Assembly (NCBI GenBank): GCA_964016885.1
Contig: OZ024741.1
Coordinates: 58,466,001 to 58,530,000, forward strand
Source: Eledone cirrhosa
Taxonomy: Eukaryota
Length of the DNA: 64,000 nt
Direction: 5' to 3'
The notes below the pieces were generated by a model. That model searched no databases. It was not told where the DNA came from and saw nothing but the letters and a program-made list of their open reading frames with translations. Shown in pieces: positions 38,454 through 51,380 of the stretch (its first letter is position 1; every line of letters begins with the position of its first letter). The position numbers and the translations under genes are program-made.

Positions 38454-39312
38454 ATATATATGTATATATGTATATAGGTATATATATATGTGTATGTATA
38501 TAGGTATATATATATATGTGTATGTATATAGGTATATATATATGTGTATGTATATAGGTATATATATATGTGTATGTATATATGTTTCATGTATATAGGT
38601 ATATATGTGTATGTATATAGGTATATATATATGTGTATGTATATAGGTATATATATATATATATGTATATATATAGATATGTATATAGGTATATAGATAT
38701 GTATATAGGTATATATATATGTATATAGGTATATATATATGTATATAGGTATATATATATGTATATAGGTATATATATATGTATATAGGTATATATATAT
38801 GTATATAGGTATATATATATGTATATAGGTATATATATATGTATATAGGTATATATATATATGTATATAGGTATATATATATAGGTATATAGGTATATAT
38901 ATATAGGTATATAGGTATATATATATATAGGTATATAGGTATATATATATAGGTACATAGGTATATATATATAGGTATATAGGTATATATATATAGGTAT
39001 ATAGGTATATATATATATGTATATAGGTATATATATATATGTATATAGGTATATGTATATATATATATATATGTATATAAGTATATATATATATGTATAT
39101 AAGTATATATATATATGTATATAAGTATATATATATATATATATATATGTATATAGGTATATATATATATGTATATAGGTATATGTATATAGGTATATAT
39201 ATATATGTATATAGGTATATGTATATAGGTATATGTATATAGGTATATGTATATAGGTATATATATATATGTATATAGGTATATATATATATGTATATAG
39301 GTATAGGTATAT
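38454..39312. repeat. TA microsatellite, TATAGG-flavoured
   Basis: Direct reading. Includes a run of 20-bp units GTATATAGGTATATATATAT. Confidence 0.95.
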
Positions 39313-41376
39313 ATCATCATCATCATCATCATCATCAGGTTTAGCGTCCGTGTTCCACGCTTGCATGGGTTTGGACGGGGGTTTTCCCACTTGAGGCAAG
39401 AGTGGTTGTCTTGCTCGCATAGGACTGTCTGGCGGGTTTTCTACAGTTGGATGCCCTTCCTAACACCAACCACATTTACAGTGTGGGGCTGGGAGGTTTT
39501 TACCGTGTTGCCTACACGGCCACATTACAGCGTGGACTGTCTGGCGGGTTTTCTACAGCTGGATGCCCTTCCTAACACCAACCACATTTACAGTGTGGGG
39601 CTGGGAGGTTTTTACCGTGTTGCCTACATGGCCACATTTACAGCGTGGACTGTGTGTTTTTTGTCGTTACACCTACACGATCTCATTTGTTTCGGCCTGG
39701 ATGTTGTGGGACCAATATAACTTTACATTGAAAGGGGCGGTGTGGGTGGGGTGGAGGTGGTGGGACGGGGGTGTGTTTTGATAGAGATGCCTACTGACTG
39801 TAGTAGGTTTTTACTTTGTATTTAGGTAAGGCGGGTCTTCTCTATTACTGAGTACCGCCAAAGGTCTCGGTCCAGTGACATTGTCTTGGAGAGGTGTAAG
39901 CGTGTGAGGTCGGAATTTATCAGCTCGTCCCATGTTTTTCTGGGTCTGCCTACTCCGTGGCTACCGTCTATCTTTATTGCCCTGCACTTTGTTATACAGC
40001 TGTCGTCTTTCATGCGCATCACGTGACCGTACCAACGTAGCCTTCTCTCGAGTAAACAACATCTGATCCCTCTTATTTCTAATTTTTTCCTTAGTTTGTT
40101 TATGCTTTGCCGTTCACGTATATTACTATTGCACATCCAGCGGAGCATGCAAGCTTCGTTCCTCTCTAGTCTGCGTATATCCTCTGCACACAATGCCCAG
40201 GTCTCACTGCCATGCAGCATTGCTGTTCGTATGCAGGCATCGTATAACCTGCCTTTCATTTTTAGGGAGAACCCTCTAGCGGCTAATAGTGGTATAAGCT
40301 CTCTGAACTTTTTCCATCCAGTTCTGACTCTAGCTACTGTACTTTCAGAGCACCCTCCCCCACTGCTGATTTTGTCACCCAGATAACGGAAGCTGTCCAC
40401 TATTTCTATAGAACCCTCTGCGCAGTTGAAGGAGCTAGTATTTTGTGGGCACTTGCTGCTACTTATTGCACCAGAGCACCGGCCACATGTAAAATCTATG
40501 TTCTTAGTTAGCTTACCTGTGATCCCACTACATCTTTTATGCACCCATACTTTGCATTTGGGACATAAAATGGAGTTTCTACCTACGCCTTTCCTACACA
40601 CTGAGCATGGCCATTTCCCAGATGAGACCGCCGCCTTATTTTCTTTCCTACAAACTAGAACTTTAGTCTTAGCCAGGTTAATTTTAAGGCCTTTTGATTC
40701 TAGGCCGTGCTTCCATGTTTGGAATTTCTTCTCTAGTTCGGTCATTGATTCAGCTATGAGCGTTAGATCATCTGCGTATAGGAGTTCCCATGGGCAGCCG
40801 GTCTTGAACTCCTCTGTTATTGCCTGAAGGGCAATAATAAATAGTAGGGGGCTAAGAACAGAGCCCTGATGGACACCAACTTTTACGCTAAACTCTTCAC
40901 TATATTCGTTGTTAATTCTAACCTTACTGACTGTTTCTTTATACATGGCTTGTATAGCTCTCACAAGCCATTCGTCAACACCTAGTTTTCTAAGAGACCA
41001 CCAGATAATGGAACGGGGGACTCTGTCGAAGGCTTTCTCCAAGTCGACGAAAGCTAAGTATAGGGGTTTACTTTTAGCTAGGTACTTCTCCTGTAGTTGT
41101 CGTACAATGAAAAGAGCGTCTGTGGTACTTTTGCCTGACACAAACCCGAACTGCATTTCATCTAGATCAATTCTCTCTCTGATTAGTTGCGCTATTACTT
41201 TTTCCGTGACCTTCATGACCTGGTCGATTAATTTAATGCCTCTATAGTTACTCCTATCTAGGGCATCTCCTTTTCCCTTATAGCAGTTAACGATGATGCT
41301 GCTACGCCATTCCTTCGGAACAACCCCATTCTGTACGACTTGGTTAACTATCCGGGTGACCATGGTGTGTCCCACC
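39313..41376 (-). mobile_element. RTE family A (second subfamily), 5'-truncated, with 112-bp 3' UTR duplication
   Basis: Open RT frame 39822-41376. Shares diagnostic bases with 52487-53320. Confidence 0.95.
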
Positions 41377-42384
41377 ATATATATGTATATAGGTATATAT
41401 ATATATGTATAAAGGTATATATGTATATATGTATATATATATATGTTTATGTATATATATATATATATAAACACCTATAGCATATTATTATGGTTTATTT
41501 ATGGCTATTTGGGACTTTGACAAGGTTTCTCTCTTCTATTGTAAGCATCAGGCTGAGTTAGGCTTAAGGAGGGATTTGGTAGATGGAAATTCTGAAGTCT
41601 CTTCTATATATACATATTTTCATCATCATCATCATTTCATGTCCATTCTCCAAGCTGGTATGCATAATTTGCGACTAGATGATTCAGAGAACCATGTTTT
41701 GCCCTTGTATTGCATATTTCGGTTTGGTTGTGTTTGTGCATGTCTGCTCTCATCATTTAACACCACTTGATGTAACCTTTATCTCTTGCGTATAGAAAAA
41801 ACGCAACTCTCAGTAATTTGACAGTACCTTACTGGGAAAGATTGTCTTTATCAAGAGTATCTTGCCATAAATACAGGAAAAAAATGTATACTGCAAAGCA
41901 TAACAATATCTGTTTCAACACATCATTTCTCATCAAGAATCTTGCAAGTATACACTCACATGTATGAAATAAATGTTAAGACAGATGTTACATAATCATA
42001 TTTATTGGATAATACATATATTTCAGTGACACCGGTGTGGATTTATTAACACAATCACGTGAAGGATTTGATATCTCACAGACAAACACTTCCATGTTTG
42101 AGATAGTCCAGTGAACACAATTCTTACAGATAAGCTGATCAGCAACACAGTAATCAGCCCTTAAGTTTAGTTCAAAATTTTTCATACATGTGAAAATAAG
42201 GTAGATTTGAGTTGTGTGAATGGAACTCTATTAGTTTTGGAAATGAGTGTTCTAGTTGTTTAATCAATGATACATTTTAATTTCATGTGCAGTCTGTAAG
42301 TGACTAAACATCCCTCAAAACATGTACCCTTAACGTAATTCTCAGGGAAATTCAGTATGACAATGTGGAAAGGCAGGCACAATC

Positions 42385-42520
42385 CATCTCACAGGCATCT
42401 AAACAGTTTCCATCTATTGAAGTTTACTCACAAGGCATTAATCAATCTGAGGCTATGGTAAATGGCACTTGCCCAAGACACTGAGCAGTGGAATTGAATC
42501 CAGGACCTAATGTTTTCAAA
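42385..42520 (-). mobile_element. OK-like SINE fragment
   Basis: Reverse complement: GGATTCAATTCCACTGCTCAGTGTCTTGGGCAAGTGCC..ATAGCCTCAG..GCCTTGTGAGT..GGAAACTG. Confidence 0.6.
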
Positions 42521-42788
42521 GTCATTTATGGTAGATTAATAAATAAGGAAGAGGTAAGAAATGCATTTGTGTCTTTCACATGCTATTCTGAAAACTGCTC
42601 ATAACATTTTGTAAATTTCATATTTGTCCATTAAGTGACATGGAACATTCACATCTATAATTTAATCTTTATAAGTTGAAACCCAACCTTTTATTCTAGC
42701 ATTAGACTAACTAAATTGATTAAATGCAGCCTATAAAAAGAGTCTTTCATTCAGATACGCAATATAATACAATGTCCCTGTTGCTGTT

Positions 42789-42819
<31 letters not shown>

Positions 42820-43981
42820 GGCTCTCTTTTTAATTTCTTTGCATAATATTCCTTTATTAATATTTCCAAATTTTAATTTAATAGCAGCTCTTTAAAACTT
42901 AGTTTACTAAAAACATTTTATTTTATATATCTTGAGCATATTGCATTTGATGAAATAAGCTGCCTCAAAATCCTCTATTTTATATTCAAAATCTGTCTGC
43001 TCTGTTTTTTTCCCTGTTTAAAACTAAATCCACTGATTATGGAAAACTCTTAAATGTAAGAAATAAAGAGATTTTTTTTGAGGAATTTTCTAAACGATTT
43101 TAATTAATATAATTTTCACTTGCAAAAATCTTTGATGGTAAAAGGCTATTGATTCTCTGATGAAATGTATGGCATTAAGTGGTTTAAATATTAAAAGTAA
43201 AAATATATTAGTTTAAATAATTTGAAATCTCTTGAAATTTGCAGTTTCATTCAATGTATATTTTAAATCTGCTGTTGTTTTGAAGCTTTTAAAATTCTGA
43301 AATATTTCATGGAACTGAAATAAATAGATTTAAGAAAGTTTGAAAGAATTCTTGTCGAGTGTTTTGAAATATATGAGAAAGGGTTGGATGAAATACATTT
43401 TCAGTTCAAATCCCTCATAGATAACTTTGTTTTTCATCCTTTCAGGTTTCATAAAATGATCAGTCTAGAGTTAGAGGATTGGTATAATTGCTTGAACATC
43501 AGCTGAAACACTTTGCAGTTTTGTTTCAAGCTGTTTCCATTGAGAGTTCAAATTCTGCTGTGAACCTTCTTGGGTATTAGAATGAATCATTTGGCCAGAT
43601 TAATACCAATATATGACCATTAGGTACCTTTTAGTGAAGTTCACTTTGATGCAAGCATTTGTGCCAGGTCCCTAATTTTTATATTTCCCCATCCAATTCA
43701 CTAATTTTGGAGGCTCTGAAAATGAATCTTACTCAGTTTTATAGAAAGTATTAAGGCATTTCGCATAGCTTGTGCCCTTCTTGGAAAGATGTCTCTATAC
43801 AAGTGTTCACCTATTTAAATGGAAAACTAGCCTACCGCTAAGGACACACACACTCACTTTACACACACACACACACACACACTCACTTTATACACAGACA
43901 CAGACACACACACACACACACACAGATAGATAAAAAAATATTGAAGTATTGAAGAAACATATTTGCATAGACTTCTTGGTC

Positions 43982-44219
43982 TTAACCCATCTGAACTGCC
44001 CTTTGTTCAATGCTAACCTGTTTATTTTGACACCAACTTACTTGAAACTGCCCCTGCTAAACTGTTTATTTTAAAGTGTTTATACATATATAAAAAATTT
44101 ATCATAATCTTATTTAGCTACATTTATGTTCCAAATGTTATTTTATTACATCCTCCAAATTTTTGATTATTTTCAAAATTATTTGAATATCATTAGGAAT
44201 ACAGTAATGAAAGGGTTAA
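43982..44219 (+). mobile_element. piggyBac-like MITE, family A
   Basis: TTAACCC ... GAAAGGGTTAA termini with family A internal sequence. Confidence 0.65.
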
Positions 44220-44306
44220 AGTAACAAAGAAAAATTCATCAAAATCAAATCCTGTCATTTATGGATTTTAAGAAAATGGTGTGTTTTTTTTTGTTTTTTT
44301 TACCGT

Positions 44307-44600
44307 GTGAAGGCATGTAGCCCAGAGATTAGGGAGTTGAGCTTGAGATTATAAGGTCATGGGTTCAGTTTCTAGTCTCGGTTACATGTGTGTCCTTGAA
44401 CAAGGTACTTTGTTTCACATCACTCTAGTTCACCCAGCTGAAAATGAGTATCAACAGTAGTAACTGAGAGTTAACTCTGCAATGGATTAGTGTCTTGTTC
44501 AGAGATGAGTCGTGTCTGCACTCTGTCATTTAACACCCATGGAACTATGATAAACTATAGGCTTCATCCGTGGAAAAACAGGCATAAAATGCAAACTCTT
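44307..44600 (+). mobile_element. CORE-like tRNA SINE (an inverted head fragment follows at ~44690-44737)
   Basis: GAAGGCATGTAGCCCAG head, GGGTTCAGTTTC, then GTCCTTGAACAAGGTACTTTGTTTCACATC..CACCCAGCTG. Confidence 0.7.
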
Positions 44601-45147
44601 ATATATTTATACTTATTACCTATAAAAAAATGTTCAAGATTCTTGAGTCAAGAACATGCCATGCTATCCAGTCCATCTATCTGATCCTTGATCTTATGAT
44701 CATGAGTCCAACACTCTAACCACTAAGCTACAAGCTTATAAAACAATGGTGTTTATAGCAAGAATGGAAAAAAGAAAAACTCATTTATACTGTGGACATT
44801 GAAATCAAAGATAGTCAGATATATATCACTAATGTACTCTGCAAGTTCTTAAAACTTGTCATTGTTTATTATTTAACTTCTGACAAATGACAATGCATTT
44901 TATTTGATCAGCAAATACAAACTGATTCCTTTTTATTTATCCTCTCTGCTAGCATCACTTGTAAAAGTTCTCATTTCTTATTTATTTCCTTATCTCCATC
45001 TTCATCTTCTTCAATAAAACTATGCAATCACCATTGATGACAAGTGAACAAAGAGAGATCTGATTCCGATCAAATGATGCAATTTCAATTTGAGTGGTGA
45101 ATCTTTTATCCTTTGGACATATTCTTCTGATGTTGACATATACATAC

Positions 45148-45209
<62 letters not shown>

Positions 45210-45671
45210 TGCATTCACTCTTTCTTACATAGTAATATATATGTTCATTGTGGTAGATCTGTTAAATAGACAACTATGTCAACAGTATCTCAACATAGCA
45301 GTCTGTTCACTTTTATCCTCTCCTCTTTTCTCCTTACTATCTTTATAATCTATAAAATCTCCCCTCTCCCATTGACGTCAACAACAATATTGCGTGGCTT
45401 TCAAGTGTCATTATCTTGTATGTGTGCCTACCTGCCTTATCTATATATATTGACAACACACACACACACATATATGTGTGTACATATATATGGTCAGACA
45501 ATTCAATTGCTTTGATAATTTTTGTAGTTATTTTATATATATACATACATACATATATACATGCACATACCCACATGTTTATATGCATATATATATAACA
45601 CACATAGATGTGTGTGTGTGGTTAATGTGCTATTAAATGTAATTAGATTTGTGCACTTTGATAAATTACAT

Positions 45672-45792
45672 TCTCTCTCACTCTCTCTCGCTCTCTCTCT
45701 CACTCTCTCTCTCTCTCACTCTCTCTCTCGCGCTCTCTCTCGTCTCTCTCATGCTCTCTCTCTCTCTCTCTCTCTCTTTCACGCTTTCTCTT

Positions 45793-45869
<77 letters not shown>
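45672..45869. repeat. (CT)n microsatellite
   Basis: Direct reading. Confidence 0.97.
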
Positions 45870-45872
<3 letters not shown>

Positions 45873-46060
45873 CACACACACAGACACACAAGATGATGTC
45901 TATCCACACTATTACAAACTTAGTGGGGATTTACTGCTACTACAGTTCTCCATATTATGTTTATACAGTTTCAGGTTCAATTCCCCTCTGCAACACCTTG
46001 GGAAATACATATTTCAATGTGTGTGTGTATAATGTATGGCTCATGTTTGTGCATTGCTTA

Positions 46061-48985
46061 GTGGTTCGTGAAGCAGTGTGGCCTTGTGGTTAGCGAAGGA
46101 ATGTGACCTAGTGGTTAGCAAAGGAGTGTGACCTAGTGGTTAGCGAAGGAGCGTGGCTTAGTGGTTAGCGAAGGAGTGTGACCTAGTGGTTAGCGAAGGA
46201 ATGTGACCTAGTGGTTAGCAAAGGAGTGTGACCTAGTGGTTAGCGAAGGAGCGTGGCTTAGTGGTTAGCGAAGGAGTGTGACCTAGTGGTTAGCGAAGGA
46301 ATGTGACCTAGTGGTTAGCAAAGGAATGTGACCTAGTGGTTAGCGAAGGAGCGTGGCTTAGTGGTTAGCGAAGGAGTGTGACCTAGTGGTTAGCGAAGGA
46401 GTGTGACCTAGTGGTTAGCGAAGGAGCGTGGCTTAGTGGTTAGCGAAGCAGTGTGGCCTTGTGGTTAGCGAAGGAATGTGACCTAGTGGTTAGCAAAGGA
46501 GTGTGACCTAGTGGTTAGCGAAGGAGCGTGGCTTAGTGGTTAGCGAAGGAGTGTGACCTAGTGGTTAGCAAAGGAGTGTGACCTAGTGGTTAGCAAAGGA
46601 GTGTGACCTAGTGGTTAGCAAAGGAGTGTGACCTAGTGATTAGCGAAGGAGCGTGGCTTAGTGGTTAGCAAAGGAGTGTGACCTAGTGGTTAGCGAAGGA
46701 ATGTGACCTAGTGGTTAGCAAAGGAGTGTGACCTAGTGGTTAGCGAAGGAGCGTGGCTTAGTGGTTAGCGAAGGAGTGTGACCTAGTGGTTAGCGAAGGA
46801 GTGTGACCTAGTGGTTAGCGAAGGAGTGTGACCTAGTGGTTAGCGAAGGAGTGTGACCTAGTGGTTAGCGAAGGAGCGTGGCTTAGTGGTTAGCAAAGGA
46901 GTGTGACCTAGTGGTTAGCAAAGGAGTGTGACCTAGTGGTTAGCGAAGGAGCGTGGCTTAGTGGTTAGCGAAGGAGTGTGACCTAGTGGTTAGCAAAGGA
47001 GTGTGACCTAGTGGTTAGCAAAGGAGTGTGACCTAGTGGTTAGCGAAGGAGCGTGGCCTTGTGGTTAGCGAAGGAGCGTGGCCTTGTGGTTAGCGAAGGA
47101 GTGTGGCCTAGTGGTTAGCGAAGGAATGTGACCTAGTGGTTAGCAAAGGAGTGTGACCTAGTGGTTAGCGAAGGAGCGTGGCTTAGTGGTTAGCGAAGGA
47201 GGGTGGCCTAGTGGTTAGCGAAGGAATGTGACCTAGTGGTTAGCGAAGGAGCGTGGCTTAGTGGTTAGCGAAGGAGTGTGACCTAGTGGTTAGCGAAGGA
47301 GTGTGACCTAGTGGTTAGCGAAGGAGTGTGACCTAGTGGTTAGCGAAGGAGTGTGACCTAGTGGTTAGCGAAGGAGTGTGGCCTAGTGGTTAGCGAAGGA
47401 GTGTGGCCTAGTGGTTAGCGAAGGAGTGTGGCCTAGTGGTTAGCGAAGGAGTGTGGCCTAGTGGTTAGCGAAGGAGTGTGGCCTAGTGGTTAGCGAAGGA
47501 GTGTGGTCTAGTGGTTAGCGAAGGAGTGTGGTCTAGTGGTTAGCGAAGGAGTGTGGTCTAGTGGTTAGCGAAGGAGTGTGGTCTAGTGGTTAGCGAAGGA
47601 GTGTGGTCTAGTGGTTAGCGAAGGAGTGTGGTCTAGTGGTTAGCGAAGGAGTGTGGTCTAGTGGTTAGCGAAGGAGTGTGGTCTAGTGGTTAGCGAAGGA
47701 GTGTGGTCTAGTGGTTAGCGAAGGAGTGTGGTCTAGTGGTTAGCGAAGGAGTGTGGTCTAGTGGTTAGCGAAGGAGTGTGGCCTAGTGGTTAGCGAAGGA
47801 GTGTGGTCTAGTGGTTAGCGAAGGAGTGTGGCCTAGTGGTTAGCGAAGGAGTGTGGTCTAGTGGTTAGCGAAGGAGTGTGGTCTAGTGGTTAGCGAAGGA
47901 GTGTGGCTTAGTGGTTAGCGAAGGAGTGTGGCTTAGTGGTTAGCGAAGGAGTGTGGCTTAGTGGTTAGCGAAGGAGTGTGGCTTAGTGGTTAGCGAAGGA
48001 GTGTGGTCTAGTGGTTAGCGAAGGAGTGTGACCTAGTGGTTAGCGAAGGAGTGTGACCTAGTGGTTAGCGAAGGAGTGTGACCTAGTGGTTAGCGAAGGA
48101 GTGTGACCTAGTGGTTAGCGAAGGAGTGTGACCTAGTGGTTAGCGAAGGAGTGTGACCTAGTGGTTAGCGAAGGAGTGTGACCTAGTGGTTAGCGAAGGA
48201 GTGTGGCCTAGTGGTTAGCGAAGGAGTGTGGCCTAGTGGTTAGCGAAGGAGTGTGGCCTAGTGGTTAGCGAAGGAGTGTGGCCTAGTGGTTAGCGAAGGA
48301 GTGTGGTCTAGTGGTTAGCGAAGGAGTGTGGTCTAGTGGTTAGCGAAGGAGTGTGGTCTAGTGGTTAGCGAAGGAGTGTGATCTAGTGGTTAGCGAAGGA
48401 GTGTGGTCTAGTGGTTAGCGAAGGAGTGTGGCCTAGTGGTTAGCGAAGGAGTGTGACCTAGTGGTTAGCGAAGGAGTGTGACCTAGTGGTTAGCGAAGGA
48501 GTGTGGCCTAGTGGTTAGCGAAGGAGTGTGGCCTAGTGGTTAGCGAAGGAGTGTGGCCTAGTGGTTAGCGAAGGAGTGTGGTCTAGTGGTTAGCGAAGGA
48601 GTGTGGTCTAGTGGTTAGCGAAGGAGTGTGGTCTAGTGGTTAACGAAGGAGTGTGGTCTAGTGGTTAGCGAAGGAGTGTGGTCTAGTGGTTAGCGAAGGA
48701 GTGTGGTCTAGTGGTTAGCGAAGGAGTGTGGTCTAGTGGTTAGCGAAGGAGTGTGGCCTAGTGGTTAGCGAAGGAGTGTGGTCTAGTGGTTAGCGAAGGA
48801 GTGTGGCTCAGTGGTTAGCAAAGGAGTGTGGCTCAGTGGTTAGCAAAGGAGTGTGGCTTAGTGGTTAGTGAAGGAGTGTGACCTAGTGGTTATGGAAGGA
48901 GTGTGACCTAGTGGTTAGCGAAGGAGTGTGACCTAGTGGTTAGCGAAGGAGTGCGGCCTAGTGGTTAGTGAAGGAGTGTGGCCTA
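46061..48985 (+). repeat. Minisatellite, 117 x 25 bp (GTGGTTAGCGAAGGAGTGTG[GA][CT][CT]TA)
   Basis: Phase is held exactly: GTGGTTAG recurs at 46261, 46561 ... 48961, every 300 bp. 2925/25 = 117. Confidence 0.97.
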
Positions 48986-49194
48986 GTGATCACCAGTCCC
49001 ATTCAAGATTGCCAATTGGAAAAGACTATCTGGATCAAATCCTGGAAGCAGCTGTTAGGTGACTAGTTTAGCATGATGAGACCATCAGATATCACTGGTC
49101 TGACTCAGAATCATGCCAGGTGGATGGTAAATGTATCTGTCTGTACAACACCCAAAAGATGATGATGATGTTATATCAGTTGTACACAACTTTG

Positions 49195-49424
49195 TTAATC
49201 ATTTTGTTACCACATTTCTCAAGAAATACATTGCATTTGAATTAATTAATGAAGAAATTTGAAAACCTTTACTAAAATTATTTATTTTGTTATTAAGATA
49301 GAACTTGTTGCATAATTTAGCAAAATGTTTTTATGTTGGAAGATTTTAATATAAATAGGAAACCTTTAAAATTGTTTCATAGAATTAGCACTTGTTTTGT
49401 GCAGGTTGATAGCAAAAGGGTTAA
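49195..49424 (-). mobile_element. piggyBac-like MITE, family A
   Basis: Ends GCAGGTTGATAGCAAAAGGGTTAA, the reverse of the family A left end. Confidence 0.6.
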
Positions 49425-49929
49425 ATTTAAACAAATCTGTCAGTTATATTTTCTTAGATTCCTACAAATGCTATTGATATTGACATACATCAATTAAATG
49501 TCTGTGATATCACTGATTCTCCTCATTCGTTGACGTGACATTATACCAATAGTTGTTGAAAGATTACTTTATTTATTATTTCTTTCTTTGAGTTTCTTAA
49601 TTAGAGAGAAGTTTGAACACTAATTAATTAGAAAACTGTCAAGATGGTGTGGAACTCTTTAAATATATTATTTAAGAAATTATTTCGTTTTTAAGGACCA
49701 ATCACAATTCTCCCTAAAGTAAAGTTTAACATTTTTTTTTTGTAAATTATCTTTTTGATATGTAGTAGTAAAAATATATTTTAACCCATCCCTATAAGCA
49801 AAGATATAATATTTTTAGAAGAGAGAAATTATCTCATTAAGTTATTTTACTCTTAAATTTTCAGTTAAATTGTTCTATACCATTGTTTGGTTTTTGTGCA
49901 ATAGCTCTGAAACTTAAATTGATATCAAT

Positions 49930-50406
49930 TTAACCCTTTCATTGCCATATTTCTAATGAACAATGCTGCCTATGATTTTCAAATAATTCTGAAAATAATC
50001 AAGAATGTGGAGGAATTTAATAATATAACTTTGTCATTATTAAGCTGGTGTTGGAAACAAAGCTTCTTATATAAAATTATTGTAGGTTTAAATTTAACCC
50101 TTTAGCATTTACATTACTCTATATTTACTATTGTATTTTCACAGTAAACACTTTATTTCACATAATTATATCTCACATAATATCAAATCTACGAGATTTT
50201 AATAGTATTTATTTTGAGAACAATACCTTAAGTATAAGCAGCCAGTTTGAACAGAAAGAGATGAGAATTCTGGCTGGATACAGCCAGTTTAAATGCTAAA
50301 GGGTTAAATATGAATCAAACAAACAGCTTTATATCATAGAAGCAAATAAACGGTTTTGTATGATACTCAGGGGCAGTTTCAGGCAGTTTGGTATCAAAAA
50401 GGTTAA
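49930..50406 (-). mobile_element. piggyBac-like MITE family A hosting a family B MITE
   Basis: TTAACCCTTTC ... GGTATCAAAAAGGTTAA termini. The two halves rejoin when 50094-50307 is removed. Confidence 0.75.
50094..50307 (+). mobile_element. piggyBac-like MITE, family B, perfect TIRs
   Basis: TTAA-CCCTTTAGCATTT ... AAATGCTAAAGGG-TTAA. Confidence 0.88.
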
Positions 50407-51380
50407 CAAGCTTAAGAATATGTACTAAGTTTTTACATAGAAAGTTATATATATGATTACTCTAACATTCAATCACTGAAATAGCTCTTTTTATTGTTTT
50501 CTACCTACACATTTAAAACCATCTCTGATCCTATAATACAAAGCCATTTATTTTAAACAATTCATATTTAAATTTATATCTATCATAATTTTACATGAAA
50601 ATCTTTATATTATATTCAAACACTCAAATAATAATGAGAAAATTAGTGATTTTGATAAATCCCTCCAAATTCTTGACTAGTTTCAAAAATAATTTAGAAG
50701 CTTGCAAAACCTGCATCGGTGTCAGCTGTAAATTTCATTTCATTTTAATGTTGTTCACTTTCTTCATGAATCGGTGATCTTTTCCATTGTTGCTTCATGC
50801 TGAGTCCCCATGTTAATTCAGGCTGGATTCCCCAGTAAGGTGTTGTGGAGATTTGGACAGGTTCATTTATTTGTTCTTTATTCATGTATAACCAACCTTT
50901 TTATACCAAACTACTAGAAATTGTCTCTGGTATAAGTTTGACAGGTTGTTTCCATCAGTGACTTCATGGGATGGAGAACAATGCCTTGTCTATATGTTCC
51001 GATTTTGGCTTGCCCTCTATGACTGAATGCCCCTCCTAATGCCTGCTACCTTACAGTGTGTACTCCATGCATTTTATTATGGAACCATCACAACCACATA
51101 CTGGGTACATTTTATTATTGCACTAATACCACCACTTTTCAGAGTGTACTGGACTGTTCAGCTATGTTAAAAGTCATTATGAAATAATAAACATTTCTTG
51201 AAAATTGATAAATTTGAGGTAATGGCTAAATAGAACTACAGAAACCAACGTTCTTTTAAAAACAGGTGAATGCCCCCCCTCCCCAAATTTTAATTTACTA
51301 ACTTTTCCAATCTGTCATCGGTAAAATTTCATTGTTTAATAGAAACATTTTAACAATGTAATTCTATAATGGTGATATAT

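Noticed and set aside
42027-42200. Possible host exon (tttcag|...AAG|gtagat, 174 bp)
   Set aside because: All three + frames contain stops and no recognisable protein is encoded. A UTR or lncRNA exon cannot be excluded without RNA-seq.
44982-45140. Short minus-strand ORF (NIRRICPKDKRF...)
   Set aside because: It starts in a microsatellite and shows no recognisable domain or splice support.
46061-48985. CRISPR-like or telomere-like array
   Set aside because: Units are contiguous with no unique spacers and there are no cas genes. GGTTAG occurs once per 25 bp rather than as (TTAGGG)n.
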